Origin: Malacoraja senta
Taxonomy: Eukaryota
Reading direction: 5' to 3'
NCBI GenBank assembly: GCA_038087875.1
Contig: CM075992.1
Span: forward strand, 6,078,001-6,142,000
DNA length: 64,000 nucleotides
In this document: piece by piece, positions 28,101 to 40,440 of the stretch
Layout of the letters: every line of letters begins with the position of its first letter
Numbering within the stretch: position 1 is the stretch's first letter
Program-made: the position numbers and the translations under genes
Notes under the pieces: generated by a model
What the model saw: only the letters and a program-made list of their open reading frames with translations
Told to the model about the DNA's origin: nothing
Databases searched by the model: none

Positions 28101-31100
28101 TATAGAAAATGCCTGAAACACTCAGCAGGTCGGGCAGCATCAGTGGAGAGAGGAACAAAGCTAACTTCTCATTGTCTGCAGAACCTGCCTGACCTGCTGA
28201 GTACTTGCACCATCTTGTGTTTACGTTAGACTCAGATGAGAGGATTGGCTCTGATTGCACTCTTGGTGAACGAGGGAGAAGATGAGGAAGAACCTTTGCT
28301 CTGGGTGATTTACTGCTGGGAAGTCACCGTACACTATGTAGGGATGGGTGTCCATGTGACCCTGGTTAACCCACCACACCCTGCAGTGTGAAGGTTGGGA
28401 GGGCAGCAGACACACTGAGCCTGGCTTCAGGCCTGATGTCTCCACGTAAGCTGGGTCTGAGCTGGTTCAGGTCAGTTTATGGTCACCTCTCCATTCACCG
28501 TTACTCAGGGTCAGTACAAGGAGACCTGATGCAGGAAGTGGAAATGCCACATCTGAGGGAGAGGGGAGAAGGGTTAGAGATTGGTAATGAGGCGGGTCAC
28601 AGGAGGAGACCCTGTGCCACCATTTCTCAGGTGGTGGTGAAGCTGTAGTTTCAGAGTACAGCCGCCTTATCAATGAAAGACAATCGCTATCACTGCACTG
28701 TGCATGTGGGATGTCAGCTGGGATATTGTAGGAGCTTCACTCTCGATACACTCTGACTGCCCTTCCCCAGGCCAGTTTCAATGTGGAGGGAGCTTCACTC
28801 TGTATGTATCCAGTGCCCCACCCTCGGGCAGTTTGATGGGACAGTACGGTGTGATTGGTAGCAATGGTGTTCCCTCTGTTGTGTTAAATGTGATCCTGTG
28901 ACCGGTTTCCCACCTGTAGGAGGTCACTGTGAATTGCTGTCATCCAAGGGACAGGACAGATCTGATGTTTTCTGTGCTAACACAACTTGGGGAAGTGTGA
29001 ATGCTCAACCTGTTATCAGAAAGATTCCATCGATGGTTAACAGTCTTTGCTCTTCTCAGCCGCAGGAACAGAAAGACAACGAGACGCCAACGTGTGTGTT
29101 TTGGAAGACGACGGAAGGGGAAAGTGTCTGGTCCCGTGAGGGTTGTGTAACGTATGGTTTCAATCAGACACATGTGGACTGCCAGTGTGACCACCTCACA
29201 AGCTTTGCTATTTTAATGGCTCCTGTTGATCCTAAGGTACGAGGTCGTTCAACAGAAAAACTGAAGGGGGAACAAGTCAGAGTGAAGGAGACACACAGCA
29301 TTGAAACAGACCCTTCAGCCCACCATGTCCATGCTGACCCTGAAGCATCTATTGGTCTGAAGAAGGGTCTCGACTCGAAACGTCACCCATTCCTTCTCTC
29401 CAGAGATGCTGCCTGTCCCGCTGAGTTACTCCAGCTCTTTGTGTCTGTTAAATCTGCTACTTGATAGACTGAAGAAGTCTTCAGTCTGAATAAAGGTCCC
29501 GAACCAAAACGTCACCCGTCCTTTTTCTGCAGAGATGCTGCCTGACCTGCTGAGTATCTCCAGTGTCTATCTTCAGTATAAATCAGCATCTGCAGTTCCT
29601 TTCTACACAATGCTGCTACTTGGTCTGTTGCCTTCTACACCTTGGTGATTTAAGTCATACCTTAGTGCGCTGTGAGGGAGCTGCCTCTCCCACCCACTCA
29701 ATCTGAGTGTCCCAGATCACAGGCACTCACAGGGTGAAATCATTCCTCCTCAAATCCTCCCCATATCTCACACCCTTTACCCTACACCTGTACCCTCTGG
29801 TTTTACATGCCTGTGCTGTGATATAAAGTTTCTCATTATCCACTTCATCTACACCCATCCCATTCATAATTTGTGTACCTTAATCAAGTACAATCAACCT
29901 TACGGGAGAGGAATCATGAACTGAGGGACATGGGTTGAAGGTGAGAGGGGAAACAATTAATGGGAACCTGAGGGACAGCTTTTCCACACAGTGTGTCGCT
30001 GGTATGTGAAAGTAGTTGAGACAGGTCCAATGGCAACATTTAAAAAACATTTGGACAGGCACAGAGGAATGTGGTCCAAATACGGGCAAATGGGACTCAA
30101 GGGTTCTTGAATGAGGGGTTGAATGGGGAGCATTCTAGAACACAATGAATGGTGTTCTAGAGGTTGACTGGGCCTGGCCCAAAGCTCCAGCCTGTTGTCC
30201 CTGGAGACACTGCGAGTATCAGAGTCTCAGGACATCAGGGTGACAAGGGTTCTCGATCACAATGAAATTGATGGTCAATGGTCTAGAACATGACGGGATG
30301 GTGCCTGTAGATCTAGAACTCAAGGGGACCAGGTCCAGGCCTCAAGCCTGTTGTCAATGGACATTCTGGGGGTATCAGAGCCCCACACTTCAGGGTTGGT
30401 GTTCATGAAGGAATTGATTATTGACGTTCTAGAACATGATGAGCTGGTGCCTGTAGATCTAGAACTCAAGGAGACCTGGCTCAGAGCTCCAGCCTGTTGC
30501 CCATGGACATTCTGGGGGTATCAGAGCCCCAGGCATCAGGATTGGTGATCACCAGGGAATTAATAGTTGACGTTCTAGAAAATGATGAGTTGGGGCCTGG
30601 AGATTGAGCGCTCGAGGGGACCAGCCCCAGACTCCATCGTGTTGTCCCTGGAGACCCTGCCGCTGCTGTGGTATGAACGTTGTGTCCCACATTGTGCCCA
30701 CTGCAGGATGACCGGCACTTGGAGGTGATCACCTACATCTGCCTCATCATCTCTCTGCTGTGCCTCGCCGCCTCCATCGCCATCTTTGTCAACTGCAGCT
30801 CCATCCAGAACGCCAACACCACCGTCCACAAGCACCTGAGCTTCACCCTCTTCCTGGCACAGTTCGTCTTCCTGATAGGAATGCGGATCAAACACAAGGT
30901 GAGAAATCCAAGCTGCAGCTTCAAATTCTCAGCCCTCTCCTCAATCTTGACCTTATCTACACCTCTCATCATTTCACATACTCCTCTCAGATCTACCCTC
31001 AGCCTCCAAGTATTGCTGCAGAGAAAATAATACATATGCTCAACTTCAACTTATGGCAAATCCCTCTAATCCAGGCAGCTTCCTGGTGAACCTCTTCTGC

Positions 31101-34100
31101 ACCCTCTCCAAAGCTTCCACAACCTTCTCATCATAGACGGGTTGAATTACAGATTTATTTAATTATTGGTGGGATTGAAGTTCACGTTCTGGGTCCAAGT
31201 CCGGCAATTGACCCATTCTGCTTGGCTGCTGGGATCAACAGAAATGTGCAATTTATTTACACTACTAAACCTTGCTGGAGATATTGAGACCCGGAACTCC
31301 TGCAGAACTCCAAATTCATCATTCCAAACTAGGTTTAGTTTAGTCTAGAGATACAGCTATGAAACAAGCCCTTTGGCCCACCAAATCTACGCCGACTAGC
31401 GACCCCCACACACTATCCTACACACTCGGGACAATTTACAATCTTTTCTTACATTCACCAATTAACCCACAAACCTGTACGTCTTTGGAGTGCGGGAGGT
31501 AACTGGAGCTCCCGGAGAAAACCCACGCGGTCACAGGGAGAATGTACAAACTCCGTACAGACAGGATCTCTAGGCAGGCAGCAACTCTACCACTGAGCCA
31601 TTGTGCCACCCTAATGTATAGTGACGATAGTTTCTCTGGGTATCTGTGTGTGTGTGTCTCTGCCCACCGTATCTGACCATTGCTGCCTGTCTATGACACA
31701 CTCTCCTACCACCCAGTGCTGCCCACTAACCCAGCTGTTGCCATTGTCTTTAGGTGGTGTGCGGCCTGATTGCAGGATGTTTGCATTACCTCTTCCTCGC
31801 CGTCTTCGTCTGGATGTTCCTGGAGAGTTTGCAGCTTTTCATCATGTCCAGACACCTCACCGTCACAAACTACAGTCGCACGCACGTCATCAAACGAAGA
31901 TACCTCTACGTTTCCAGCTGCGCCGTGCCTGCTGTGATAGTCGTTATCTCCGTGGCAATAAACCCCAAAGGCTACGTATCGAATAATCAGTGAGTAACAA
32001 CTTATGGACAGGAATGTTTCAGTGGGATTCGGGCCAAACACTGGCACGTGGGACTAGGGTAGATGGGGCAGCTTGGTCTGCATGAGCAAGTGGGGCCGTA
32101 CGGCCTGTTTCCATGCTGTATGACTCTGTGCTTCTGATAGGGAAATGTCACAGCTCTACAGCTGATATATTCCTACACAGTGAGAGGCCATTTGGTCCAT
32201 TGGATCCATGCAAGCTCCCAGCAGACTGATCCCATCAGTCCCATTGTCCCTCTCCTTATCTCCCTGCATCTTATTCTCTCAGTAACTCTGACTCTTTTTC
32301 CACCCACCTACACTGAGGGGGAATTCACCGCAGATCGTCATCTCCCCCTCATCTTTAACAACTCCAAAGACGTACAGGTTTGTAGGTTAATTGGCTTGGT
32401 TTTAAATGTAAAATTATCCATAATGTGTGCAGGATAGTGTTATTGTACAGGGATTGCGGGTCGGAGCGGACTCGGTGGGCCGAAGGGCCTGTTTCTGCGT
32501 TGTCTCTCTAAACTATACAAAACAGTGACCCTATGTGTGTCAGTGCCAGCTCACAGCACTGGGCCTTCCACAAGTACCTCATGAGCCGAGTGTGAGTCAG
32601 TAACAAAACTCTTTCCTCCTCACAGCTGTTGGCTGAGCCTGGAGTCGGGCGTCCGCTGGAGTTTCCTGGGGCCGGTTTGCCTGGTGATCGTGGTAAGCTT
32701 CTCCCCGGTGACTCCCCTCAACCCAACAACACTTCACTAAACGCTTCGCTGCTTGCAGCTGGTGGCAACTCCATCCCAATGGTTCACCAGAATGCTGCCT
32801 GCATTAGAGGGGATTAGCTACAAGGGGAGGTTGGACAGACTTGGATGGTTATCCCTGGAATGCCAGAGGTTGAGGGGAGAACTGATAGAAGTATATGAAA
32901 TTATGAGAGGCATAGATAGGGTAGACAGTCAGAACCTTTTCCCAAGGTGGAGATGTCAAAGACTAGAGGACATAGCTTAAGGTGAGAGGGGATAAATGTA
33001 AAAGAGAAGTGAGGGGTAAATTTTGTTACACAGAGTGGTGGGTACCTGGAACGTGCTGCTGGTGGTGGTGGAGACAGATATGGTAGTGGTGTTTAAGAGC
33101 TGTTTAGATATGCACATGGATATGTGGGGAATGGAGGGATGTGGTTCATGTGCACAGAGAGGTGATTAGTTTATTTTGGCATCGTGTTCATCATGGACAT
33201 TGTGGGCCGAAGGGCCTGTTCCTGTGCTGCGCTGTTCCATGTTCTCTGTTAAAGCAAGTTCCCATCTTTAAAGCCCTCCCTTGCCTCTCCTTCTATCTCA
33301 CACTGAGTAGGCCTGGGACAGGCCAGGGGCAGGGCTGTGGATGCCTGCCCATTGAGGAGGTGACGTGGTGCAGGCTGAGGGGGCCGGGGCTCTGTGATTC
33401 TGGGCCGGCTGGAGGAAAGAGGCAGTGAAAGCAGGGGGAATAATTCCCCCATCTCCTGGCGCGGTGTTCCCGAGTCACAGACCCCCACCCGCAGTGAAAG
33501 GGGAACTCGGTGACGGCCAGACGATGCAGGAAGGACGGAGGAATCCCCAAAATATACGAGGGGAGAGATGAGGGCCGGCAGAGTCTCGGGCAGAGGGAGA
33601 GAGGGTCACGGGGAGCGGTGAGGGAAGAGTGTGTAGGTGGCAGCGGGAGAGAAGGGAAGGCACCGGAGGGAATTGCGTGTGGGATGTGGTGGATGCCGGC
33701 CTCAGGAGACTCTGTTTCTCTCCCTCTCCAGGTCAACACCGTGCTGTTAGCTTGGACGCTCTTCCTACTGAGGAAACATTTTGCCTCACGCAACAAGGAA
33801 GTGTCGAAACTCAAAGAAACCAGGTACGTGGAGCAGAGAACATCGAGAACGGTACAGCACAGCAACAGGCCCTTCAGCCCACCATGTCTGTGCTGACCAC
33901 GATCAACGTTGCAACTCATCCCATCTGCCTGCGTGTGGTCCACATCTCTCCATCCTCAGCCTGTTCAAGAGCCTGTCTGAATGTATCTTAAATATGACCA
34001 TGGTATCTGCTGCCACCTCCTGTCCTGGCAGCGCAGTCCAGGCACCCATCACTGTGTAAAAACAACTTGCATATCTCTCAAATCTCCCTTAAACCGGCTT

Positions 34101-37100
34101 GATTTTGAACAACTTTCTCCCCCCCCCCCCCGCTTCGGGTTTTCCGAGAGATGCAGAGAGTCGGGGCCTGTACTCTCTCTCTGTCTCTCACTTCCAGGGC
34201 TCTCTCCACTTTTCGCAGCCCACTCATTCGCCCGGCTCCCCTCCACCTCTCCCCCCTCTCCTCCTCCTCCTCTCTCCCCCCCCTCTACTCTCTCTCCCCG
34301 TCCCACCCTTCCCTCTCCCCCCTCTACTTCTACGCCCTCTACCCTCCCCCTCCTCCCCCTTCCCCCTCCTCCCCCTTACCCTCTCCCCTCCCCACTCTCT
34401 TCCCCCCTCCCCCTGCACTCCCCCCTCTCCCCCCCTGTGTGTTTGGGGGGTGGTTAGTGTGTGTGTGACGCCGCAGGCCCCCCCCCCTCCCCCTCCCCCG
34501 CAACCGCGCGTTGAGGGGACGGGACCCAACGGGTATCCCTTGGTCTAATCTCCCTTAAACTTTCCCCCTTACACTTTAAACCTATGCCCTCTAGCATTTG
34601 ACCTCCCCCACCCTGAGAATACCAGACCTTTCTACCCTTTCTACCCAACCTCTTCATCCCTTGTACTTGAACTGATCCCTGGTGACTGAGTGGGCTGAGG
34701 GATGGCAGGGTCCCAGGGTGGGTCTCTGTCCATGGTGCTGATCTCTGACCATGGTGACAATGGAAGTGGGGAGGGAAGCTGGATTAGTTTACAGATACAG
34801 CTTGGAACCAGGCCCTTCGGCCCACCGACTCCATGCTGACCATTGATCACCCATTCACACTAGTTCTATGTCATCCCACTTTCTCATCACTCCCTGCACA
34901 CTTGGGGCAATTTCCAATTAACTTTTAAACCCACACGTCTTTGGGGTGTGGGAGGATACCGGAGCTCCCGGAGGAAACCCACGTGGTCACAGGGAGAACG
35001 TTCATACTCCACACAGGCAGCACCCAAGGTCAGGATCAAACCCGAGTCTCTGGCGCTGGGTGGCAGCAGCTCTACCTGCTGCACCATTGTGCCGTCCCTT
35101 AAGTCAGGATCAATTTCTGCATGATGATGTTCGGAACAGGCCCTTCGGCCCACAATATCTGCACCAATCAGGTGATTATATGAAAGATGCACTGATTTTA
35201 TAACTTGCTGTTGGGTGTTCAGAATGCCCCAAGAGAGTGAAAGATCCCACATGGAAGGAGTTTCTTCATGACAATGTTCCCATTGACCTGCTCTCTTCCC
35301 TCCTTGTGCACAGAACCCTGACCCTCAAGGCTGCCGCACGGATGCTTGTTTTGGGAAGCACCTGGATCTTGGGAATATTCCAGGTGGATGAGAGCACCAT
35401 GGTGTTGTCCCACTTGTTCACCATCATCAACAGTCTGCAGGGGCTGTTTGTTTTCCTCATTTACTGTGTCTTCAACCGGCAGGTGAGGAGAACCTCCGCA
35501 AATAAACCTTCCCTCCTCTGATGCTGCTCTTTGCACTCTGACACGGCTGTGGTCAATGTTCACGCCGTCTTTCAATGACCCACGGACTGGGAGCAAGAAT
35601 CGCCCACTTGCTTCTTCACATTCCCTCCACCATTTAATAAGACCAGGACGATCTGATTGTGATCTCCCACCTTCGTTCCCATCCACCCTCGATCACCCTT
35701 CACCCCTTCCTGATCCAGAAGCTCTCCATCTCTCTGGGAAAGGTTTCCAAGAGCCTGCTCCCACTGCCTTTTGAAGCAGATTGGTGGTGTTTTGGATGGT
35801 GAGGAGGGTAGTCTCAGGCTACGGACAGATATTGATCAGCTGCTGAGATGGGCAGACCAAAGGCAAATGGAATTTAATCCACGAGAGGATGTTACCAGGA
35901 CTTGGGGGTCTGTGCCATAGAGGGAGTGCAGAGAAGGTTCACCAGACTGATTCCTGGGATGTCAGGACTGTCTTATGAAGAAAGACTGGATAGACTTGGT
36001 TTATACTCTCTAGAATTTAGGAGATTGAGAGGGGATCTTATAGAAACTTACAAAATTCTTAAGGGGTTGGACAGGCTAGATGCAGGAAGATTGCTCCCGA
36101 TGTTGGGGAAGTCCAGGACAAGGGGTCACAGCTTAAGGATAAGGGGGAAATCCTTTAAAACCGAGATGAGAAGAACTTTTTTCACACAGAGAGTGGTGAA
36201 TCTCTGGAACTCTCTGCCACAGAGGGTAGTCGAGGCCAGTTCATTGGCTATATTTAAGAGGGAGTTAGATGTGGCCCTTGTGGCTAAAGGGATCAGAGGG
36301 TATGGAGAGAAGGCAGGTACGGGATACTGAGTTGGATGATCAGCCATGATCATATTGAATGGCGGTGCAGGCTCGAAGGGCCGAATGGCCTACTCCTGCA
36401 CCTAATTTCTATGTTTCTATGTTTCTATGTGCTATAGGGTGAGATTGAGCAGGCTAGGACTATATTCCTTGGAGAGCAGGAGGATGAGGGGTGATCTCAT
36501 CAAAATCATTAGACGAGTTGATTGGGGAGATGAACAGAGTCTCTTAACCAGAGTAGGGTAATCAAGAACCAGAGAATATAGGTTTGAGGTGAAGGGGGAA
36601 AGATTTAATACAAATCTGAGGGGTAATATTTTCACACAAAGGGTGGTGGGTTTATGGAACGAGGTGCCAGAGGAAGTAGTTGAGGCAGGGACTATTGCAA
36701 GGTTTAAGAAACAAGTAGACTGGTACATGGATAGGACAGGTTTAGAGGGATATGGGCCATACGCAGGCAGGTGGGACCAGTGTAGATGGGACATGTTGGT
36801 CGACGTGGGCAAGTTGAGCCGAAGGCTCAGTTTCCACACTGTATGACTCTTTATGCCTCTTAATGGCAAGATACACATGAATGATGGGGTATTCAGGGAC
36901 AGAGAGACATTGATGTACGAGTCCTTAGTCCACTGAGGGCCACAGCACAGGTGTGTAGGGTGGTAAAGGTGACAACAGGTTGCCATCTTCACTGGCTGGG
37001 ACAAAGAACATAAGAGCATGGATGGTATGGGGCAGGTTTATAAAGCATTGGTTAGGCCACGTCTGGAACATTGTCTGCAGTTGTGGTCGTCACAGTCTAG

Positions 37101-38868
37101 AAATGCCATGATTGCTCTGGAGATGGAGCGGAGGAGATTCACCAGCACGTTGCCCAGAGTGGAGAGTCTCAGTTATGGACGGAGACTGGGTTTGTGTCCT
37201 TGGGGCGTAGAGGGTTGAGGGGGGACTGAGAGAGGTGTACAAAATGATCAGGGGCAAGGATAGACTTGAATCTCCCTCACAGCAGAGATGTCCGTTATCG
37301 GAGGGCAGAGGTTTAAAGGTATGGTTTAGAATGGATATAAGGAAGAATGTTTTCACTCAGAGTGGGTTGGAGTTTGGAGCCACTGCCTGAGGGGCTGTGG
37401 AGACACGGACTCTCACAACATTTAGACAAACACTTGAATTGCCAAGGCATAGAAGGCTACAGGCCAAGTGTGGGTAAACGGGATCAGTATTGATGGTTAC
37501 TTGATTGTCAGCATGGAGAGGATGGGCCGAAGGGCCTGTTTCTCAGCTGAACAACTCTGTGACTGAAGAGAGATCCAGAGAACCACGACCCTGTGAGAGA
37601 AAATGGTGGACAGGCCAATCCCAATGGAGCTGGTAAGAAGAGGAAGCATCTTGGAGACTCGCTCCTGAGTGAGTGATCCCATGGAGATGCTAACGGCAGA
37701 AGCCACTGGATAAGTGTGAACTCTCACTTGACTTTGGGACAAAGCGCGTTGAACGGTTGGAAGTTTTCTCCATGGGTTGAAATATTCCCATTTTGTTGAA
37801 GGTGGCGGCTGAATGTCGGAAATGGTTGACCAAAAAGCGCAAGAATTTCAACTCCAAATCCTCACAGATTGAGATGAACTCGACTGAGGTAAGGAGCTTT
37901 ATCCAGAAACACAGAAATCCTCAGCAGGTCAGGCAGCGTCTGTGGAGAGAGAAACCAAGTGAAGGACTCCGGTCGATGATCTCACATCAAACCTGCTCCA
38001 CTGGAAGGCTCATCCACCTGAAACACGAACTCTGTTTCTCTCTCCACATCTGAACGTTTCAGGACTCGTCCTCACAACATTCAGACACGGACTGATCTGT
38101 GGCAAGTGGTTCATAAGTTCATAAGATTGAGGAGCAGAATTAGGCCATTCGGCCCATCAAGTACACTCTGTCATTCAATTGTGGCTAATCTACCTTTCCC
38201 CCTCAACCTCGTTCTCCTGCCTTCTCCTCATAACCCCTGATAGCCTTAGGGGGGTCGACCAGGTCCTGGCCATGGTCTAGGTCCCAACTCACCTATAGAC
38301 CAGACCCCTAGAGATGGAGGGAGAGTTTCTGCCTCCACTCGGCTATCTGCTGCCCTCTGCTGGAGTCTGAAACCGTGATGACTTCAATAACAATGCAGTT
38401 TGTTCCTTTTGCTGGGAGTGGCATTCACAGGCTCCTGGCAATGTGCCCCATCCTCGCCCCTCCTCACCCAAGTAGGTGGCAGTGTCTGACAGACCATTGC
38501 AGGCCACCGCAGGTGATGGGCACAGTGTGGTCCTTCCTCCCGTTCCATCCCACCTGTTGACCCTGATGACCCAGAGGGACATTGTCCACCTGGTAGAACA
38601 AACTGCACAGTGGACAGAGGATCCGCACTGGCTATATATCTCGACATCACTGGCTATATCTCTCGTTCCCTTTCCTCTGACTAGTCTGAAGAAGGGTCTC
38701 GGCCCGAAACGTCACCCAATCCTTCTCTCCAGAGATGCTGCCTGCCCCACTGAGTTACTCCAGCACGTTGTGTCTATTTCAGGTCCATGAGGTTGATCTC
38801 AAGTGTGTGTTGATTGGAGCGAGATACAGTAAGCCATTGCAATCTCATTTTGTTTTATCCAGACTTAG
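18963..38868 (+). CDS. ADGRE: Adhesion GPCR of the EGF-TM7 / ADGRE (EMR/CD97-like) family, copy A; 16 visible coding exons, 5' end (signal peptide) not found
   Basis: Sixteen AG..GT-bounded exons with compatible phases total 2078 nt (+1 nt from an unseen upstream phase-1 exon = 693 codons). They encode 3 cbEGF-like repeats, a stalk, GAIN, the GPS motif [11 protein letters not shown] and seven hydrophobic helices. The specific paralogue cannot be assigned by eye. Confidence 0.92.
20482..20622 (+). CDS. Copy A exon: EGF-like domain 2 (DIDKCESSPC...KTCE)
   Basis: acag|atatc acceptor, gaag|gtgagg donor, 141 nt, phase 1-1. Confidence 0.9.
21932..22063 (+). CDS. Copy A exon: EGF-like Ca-binding domain 3 ([11 protein letters not shown]...ACQ)
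   Basis: aacag|acgtg acceptor, caag|gtaaac donor, 132 nt, phase 1-1. Confidence 0.9.
22521..22588 (+). CDS. Copy A exon: stalk ([23 protein letters not shown])
   Basis: ccag|tcgat acceptor, cag|gtacgt donor, 68 nt; phase 1-0 bridges EGF3 to the next exon; conserved in copy B. Confidence 0.75.
23614..23700 (+). CDS. Copy A exon: stalk ([29 protein letters not shown])
   Basis: Polypyrimidine tract + ccag acceptor, aag|gtaagg donor, 87 nt, phase 0-0. Confidence 0.8.
23796..24092 (+). mobile_element. tRNA-derived SINE (HE1/V-SINE-like); mirrored in copy B at ~58845-59142
   Basis: GCACAGTGGCGCAGCGGGTAGAGCTGCTGCCTCACAG..GGTTCGATCC head and GGGCCGAAGGGCCTGTTTCC tail. Confidence 0.8.
24296..24470 (+). 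CDS. Copy A exon: GAIN helical part ([10 protein letters not shown]...TTDSF)
   Basis: gtag|gac acceptor, ttg|gtaaag donor, 175 nt, phase 0-1. Confidence 0.85.
25045..25590 (-). mobile_element. Penelope-like GIY-YIG 3' fragment; mirrored at ~57355-57895
   Basis: [32 protein letters not shown]. Confidence 0.85.
25603..25964. mobile_element. hAT-type MITE (362 bp), copy A only
   Basis: TIR CAAAGATCCTATAGCG.. / ..CGCTATAGGATCTTTG, 8-bp TSD CCCCGCAC; empty site in copy B at ~57345. Confidence 0.92.
26532..26651 (+). CDS. Copy A exon: GAIN ([10 protein letters not shown]...GGTNP)
   Basis: catag|ttctg acceptor, ctg|gtaaat donor, 120 nt, phase 1-1. Confidence 0.85.
27691..27878 (+). CDS. Copy A exon: GAIN (EFVAVSF...SKVVSATIS...VNFTLILNQ)
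   Basis: ggcag|ag acceptor, cag|gtttgt donor, 188 nt, phase 1-0; SxVVSA and VNFT motifs typical of GAIN beta strands. Confidence 0.88.
29060..29236 (+). CDS. Copy A exon: GPS motif (CVFW...WSREGC...[13 protein letters not shown])
   Basis: Canonical GPS consensus with intact H-L|T cleavage triad; ctcag|ccg and aag|gtacga; 177 nt. Confidence 0.95.
29357..29384 (+). ncRNA. Minimal hammerhead-ribozyme-like motif (Penelope-associated)
   Basis: CTGAAGA-AGGGTCTCGACTC-GAAAC-GTC with GGT/ACC flanks. Confidence 0.5.
30130..30660. repeat. Diverged intronic tandem repeat, ~145-nt period; mirrored at ~52820-53290
   Basis: Recurring TTCTAGAACA(T)GA..GATCTAGAACTCAAGG..CCAGCCTGTTG units. Confidence 0.75.
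30707..30898 (+). CDS. Copy A exon: TM1-TM2
   Basis: [13 protein letters not shown]...[13 protein letters not shown]; gcag|gat and aag|gtgaga; 192 nt. Confidence 0.93.
31754..31989 (+). CDS. Copy A exon: TM3-TM4
   Basis: [20 protein letters not shown] motif; ttag|gtg and ca|gtgagt; 236 nt, phase 0-2. Confidence 0.93.
32626..32692 (+). CDS. Copy A exon: ECL2-TM5 ([22 protein letters not shown])
   Basis: CWL..WSFLGP motif; cacag|c and gtg|gtaagc; 67 nt, phase 2-0. Confidence 0.93.
33732..33823 (+). CDS. Copy A exon: TM5 end-ICL3 ([11 protein letters not shown]...SKLKET)
   Basis: ccag|gtc and cag|gtacgt; 92 nt, phase 0-2. Confidence 0.92.
34120..34548 (+). mobile_element. Helitron-like non-autonomous fragment with a C-rich tract; mirrored at ~48390-48770
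   Basis: Ends in a GGGACCCAACGGGT..CCC hairpin followed by TTGGTCTAA. Confidence 0.45.
35314..35482 (+). CDS. Copy A exon: TM6-TM7 (LGSTWILG...[14 protein letters not shown])
   Basis: LGxTW and NSLQG motifs; cacag|a and cag|gtgagg; 169 nt. Confidence 0.94.
35913..36430 (+). mobile_element. Young 5'-truncated CR1 LINE in a copy A intron
   Basis: Open C-terminal ORF, near-identical to the 3' end of the 12515 element; (TATGTTTC)n tail. Confidence 0.92.
37802..37888 (+). CDS. Copy A exon: helix 8 / cytoplasmic tail (VAAECRKWL...MNSTE)
   Basis: gaag|gtg acceptor, gag|gtaagg donor, 87 nt, phase 0-0; conserved in copy B. Confidence 0.82.
38686..38713 (+). ncRNA. Minimal hammerhead-ribozyme-like motif
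   Basis: CTGAAGA-AGGGTCTCGGCCC-GAAAC-GTC. Confidence 0.5.
38863..38868 (+). CDS. Copy A putative terminal exon, coding part (ACT TAG)
   Basis: Strong acceptor tctcattttgttttatccag in an island also kept in copy B; a phase-0 entry gives T-stop. Confidence 0.55.
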   Translation, partial: T

Positions 38869-40440
38869 AAAACGTCATAAGTGGAAGGTTTCAAGGCTCA
38901 AGGACATGGTTTATCTCAGTGGATTTTCCTCCTTTCATGCTCTCTCACTGTCGTTCCCCATCTCGCTCTGCTTCCCACCCCAAAGATTGTGGGTTGAAGT
39001 CGCACTCCAGAGCTCAGGAGATTTACGTTTCAGGACTGCTCGCTCCTCTTCATCAAGCGTAGAATGTGGCTGGAGACATCCCGAATTTGCGGAGCCTTCT
39101 GAGGAAGTCGAGGTGTTGATGTGCTGTCTTGGCCGTGGCCTCAGTGTGGTTGACCAGGGCGACTCATTGATGATATTTACACCTGGGAACATAAAGGTTT
39201 CGCCCATCTCCACTTCAGCCCCATTGATACAGACTGGGGCCTGTACCACACCCCACTTCCTGAAGTCCACCACCAGCTGATTCCATTTATTGACATTGAG
39301 GGAGCGGTTATTGTATCATTTAAAATTTTCAAGTGCGTGTGTGAATATGAGTCTGTAAAGGAATGATATTTGTTGCTTTTTCTGTGTGTGTGTGATTATC
39401 AACCTGTTTTTTGGATTGTTGCTAATATTCCGAGATTTGCCCAGCAATCCTCCATGATAAGGCGTCTCTGTTTCCCTGGAGTGCTGGAGACTGAGGGGTG
39501 ACCTTACAGAGTTTTGTAAAACCATAACGGGTGCAGATAAAGTGGTTGGGTACAATCTTGTTTCCCGGGTAGGGGAGTGTAAAAGTAGAGATTTAAGGTG
39601 AGAGAGAAGAGATTTAAAGGGGACATGAGGGACACTTTTTCAATATTCAAGAGACTCGGAAGAGACATTTATTGTCAAATGCGCCAATTGGTACAGTGAA
39701 ATTTGGGGTCACCATTACAGCCATACGAATAAAAAAAGAGTAAACTCACCACAGAGTGGTGAGTTTAATAATTGAGCTGTCGGAGGAGGTGGCAAGGGCA
39801 GTTATAATTCCTACATTTAAGAGACATTTGGACAGGTTTGTGAGTGGAAAAGGTTTTGAGGGACATGGGACAAATGCAGGCACAAGGGACTAACTCAGAA
39901 TGACACCTCGGTTGGTTTGGACATGTTGGGCTAAAGACCCTGCGCTGTACGTCTAGGATTGTATTATTTTGCTTATTTACTATTGAGATATGCTACTGTG
40001 GAGCCAACATGGCTGAGAGCATCTCTGGTCAATGTGAGACACCAGATTTGGACACTTACAGTAAATTTAACACATCTCCTTTAAACTATGCTCCTTTCAT
40101 CTCAAAGCTATTCCCTCTAGCTTAGATATTTCCACCCTGGGATAAAGGTTCTGACTGTTCACCCTATCTGTGTTTCTCATAATTTTATATACTTCTATCA
40201 GGTCTCCCTTCCTCTGATGCTCCAGAGAAAACAATCCAAATCTGTCTAACCTCACCTTATAGCTAATAGACTCCAATGCAGGCAGCAATCTGGTGAACCT
40301 CCTCTGGACCCTAGAGCAGAGGATGCTTTTTGTCCATCGACCTCTGCAGTTACATTGCTCCCAGCGCTGCCAATCTTCAAACTCCTCATCAACGTCCAGT
40401 TTTGTTTTCAGAATTAAACTTTATTTGTAATTTAAAAATA

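Larger units (their letters stand above)
20417..39050 (+). repeat. Left arm of a large inverted segmental duplication
   Basis: Exons and introns match the reverse complement of ~45170-64000; the window end at 64000 corresponds to ~20417. Confidence 0.93.

Noticed and set aside
34049..34548. Pro-rich and Gly/Arg-rich ORFs (mirrored at 48410-48707)
   Set aside because: Low-complexity C/T tract inside an intron.
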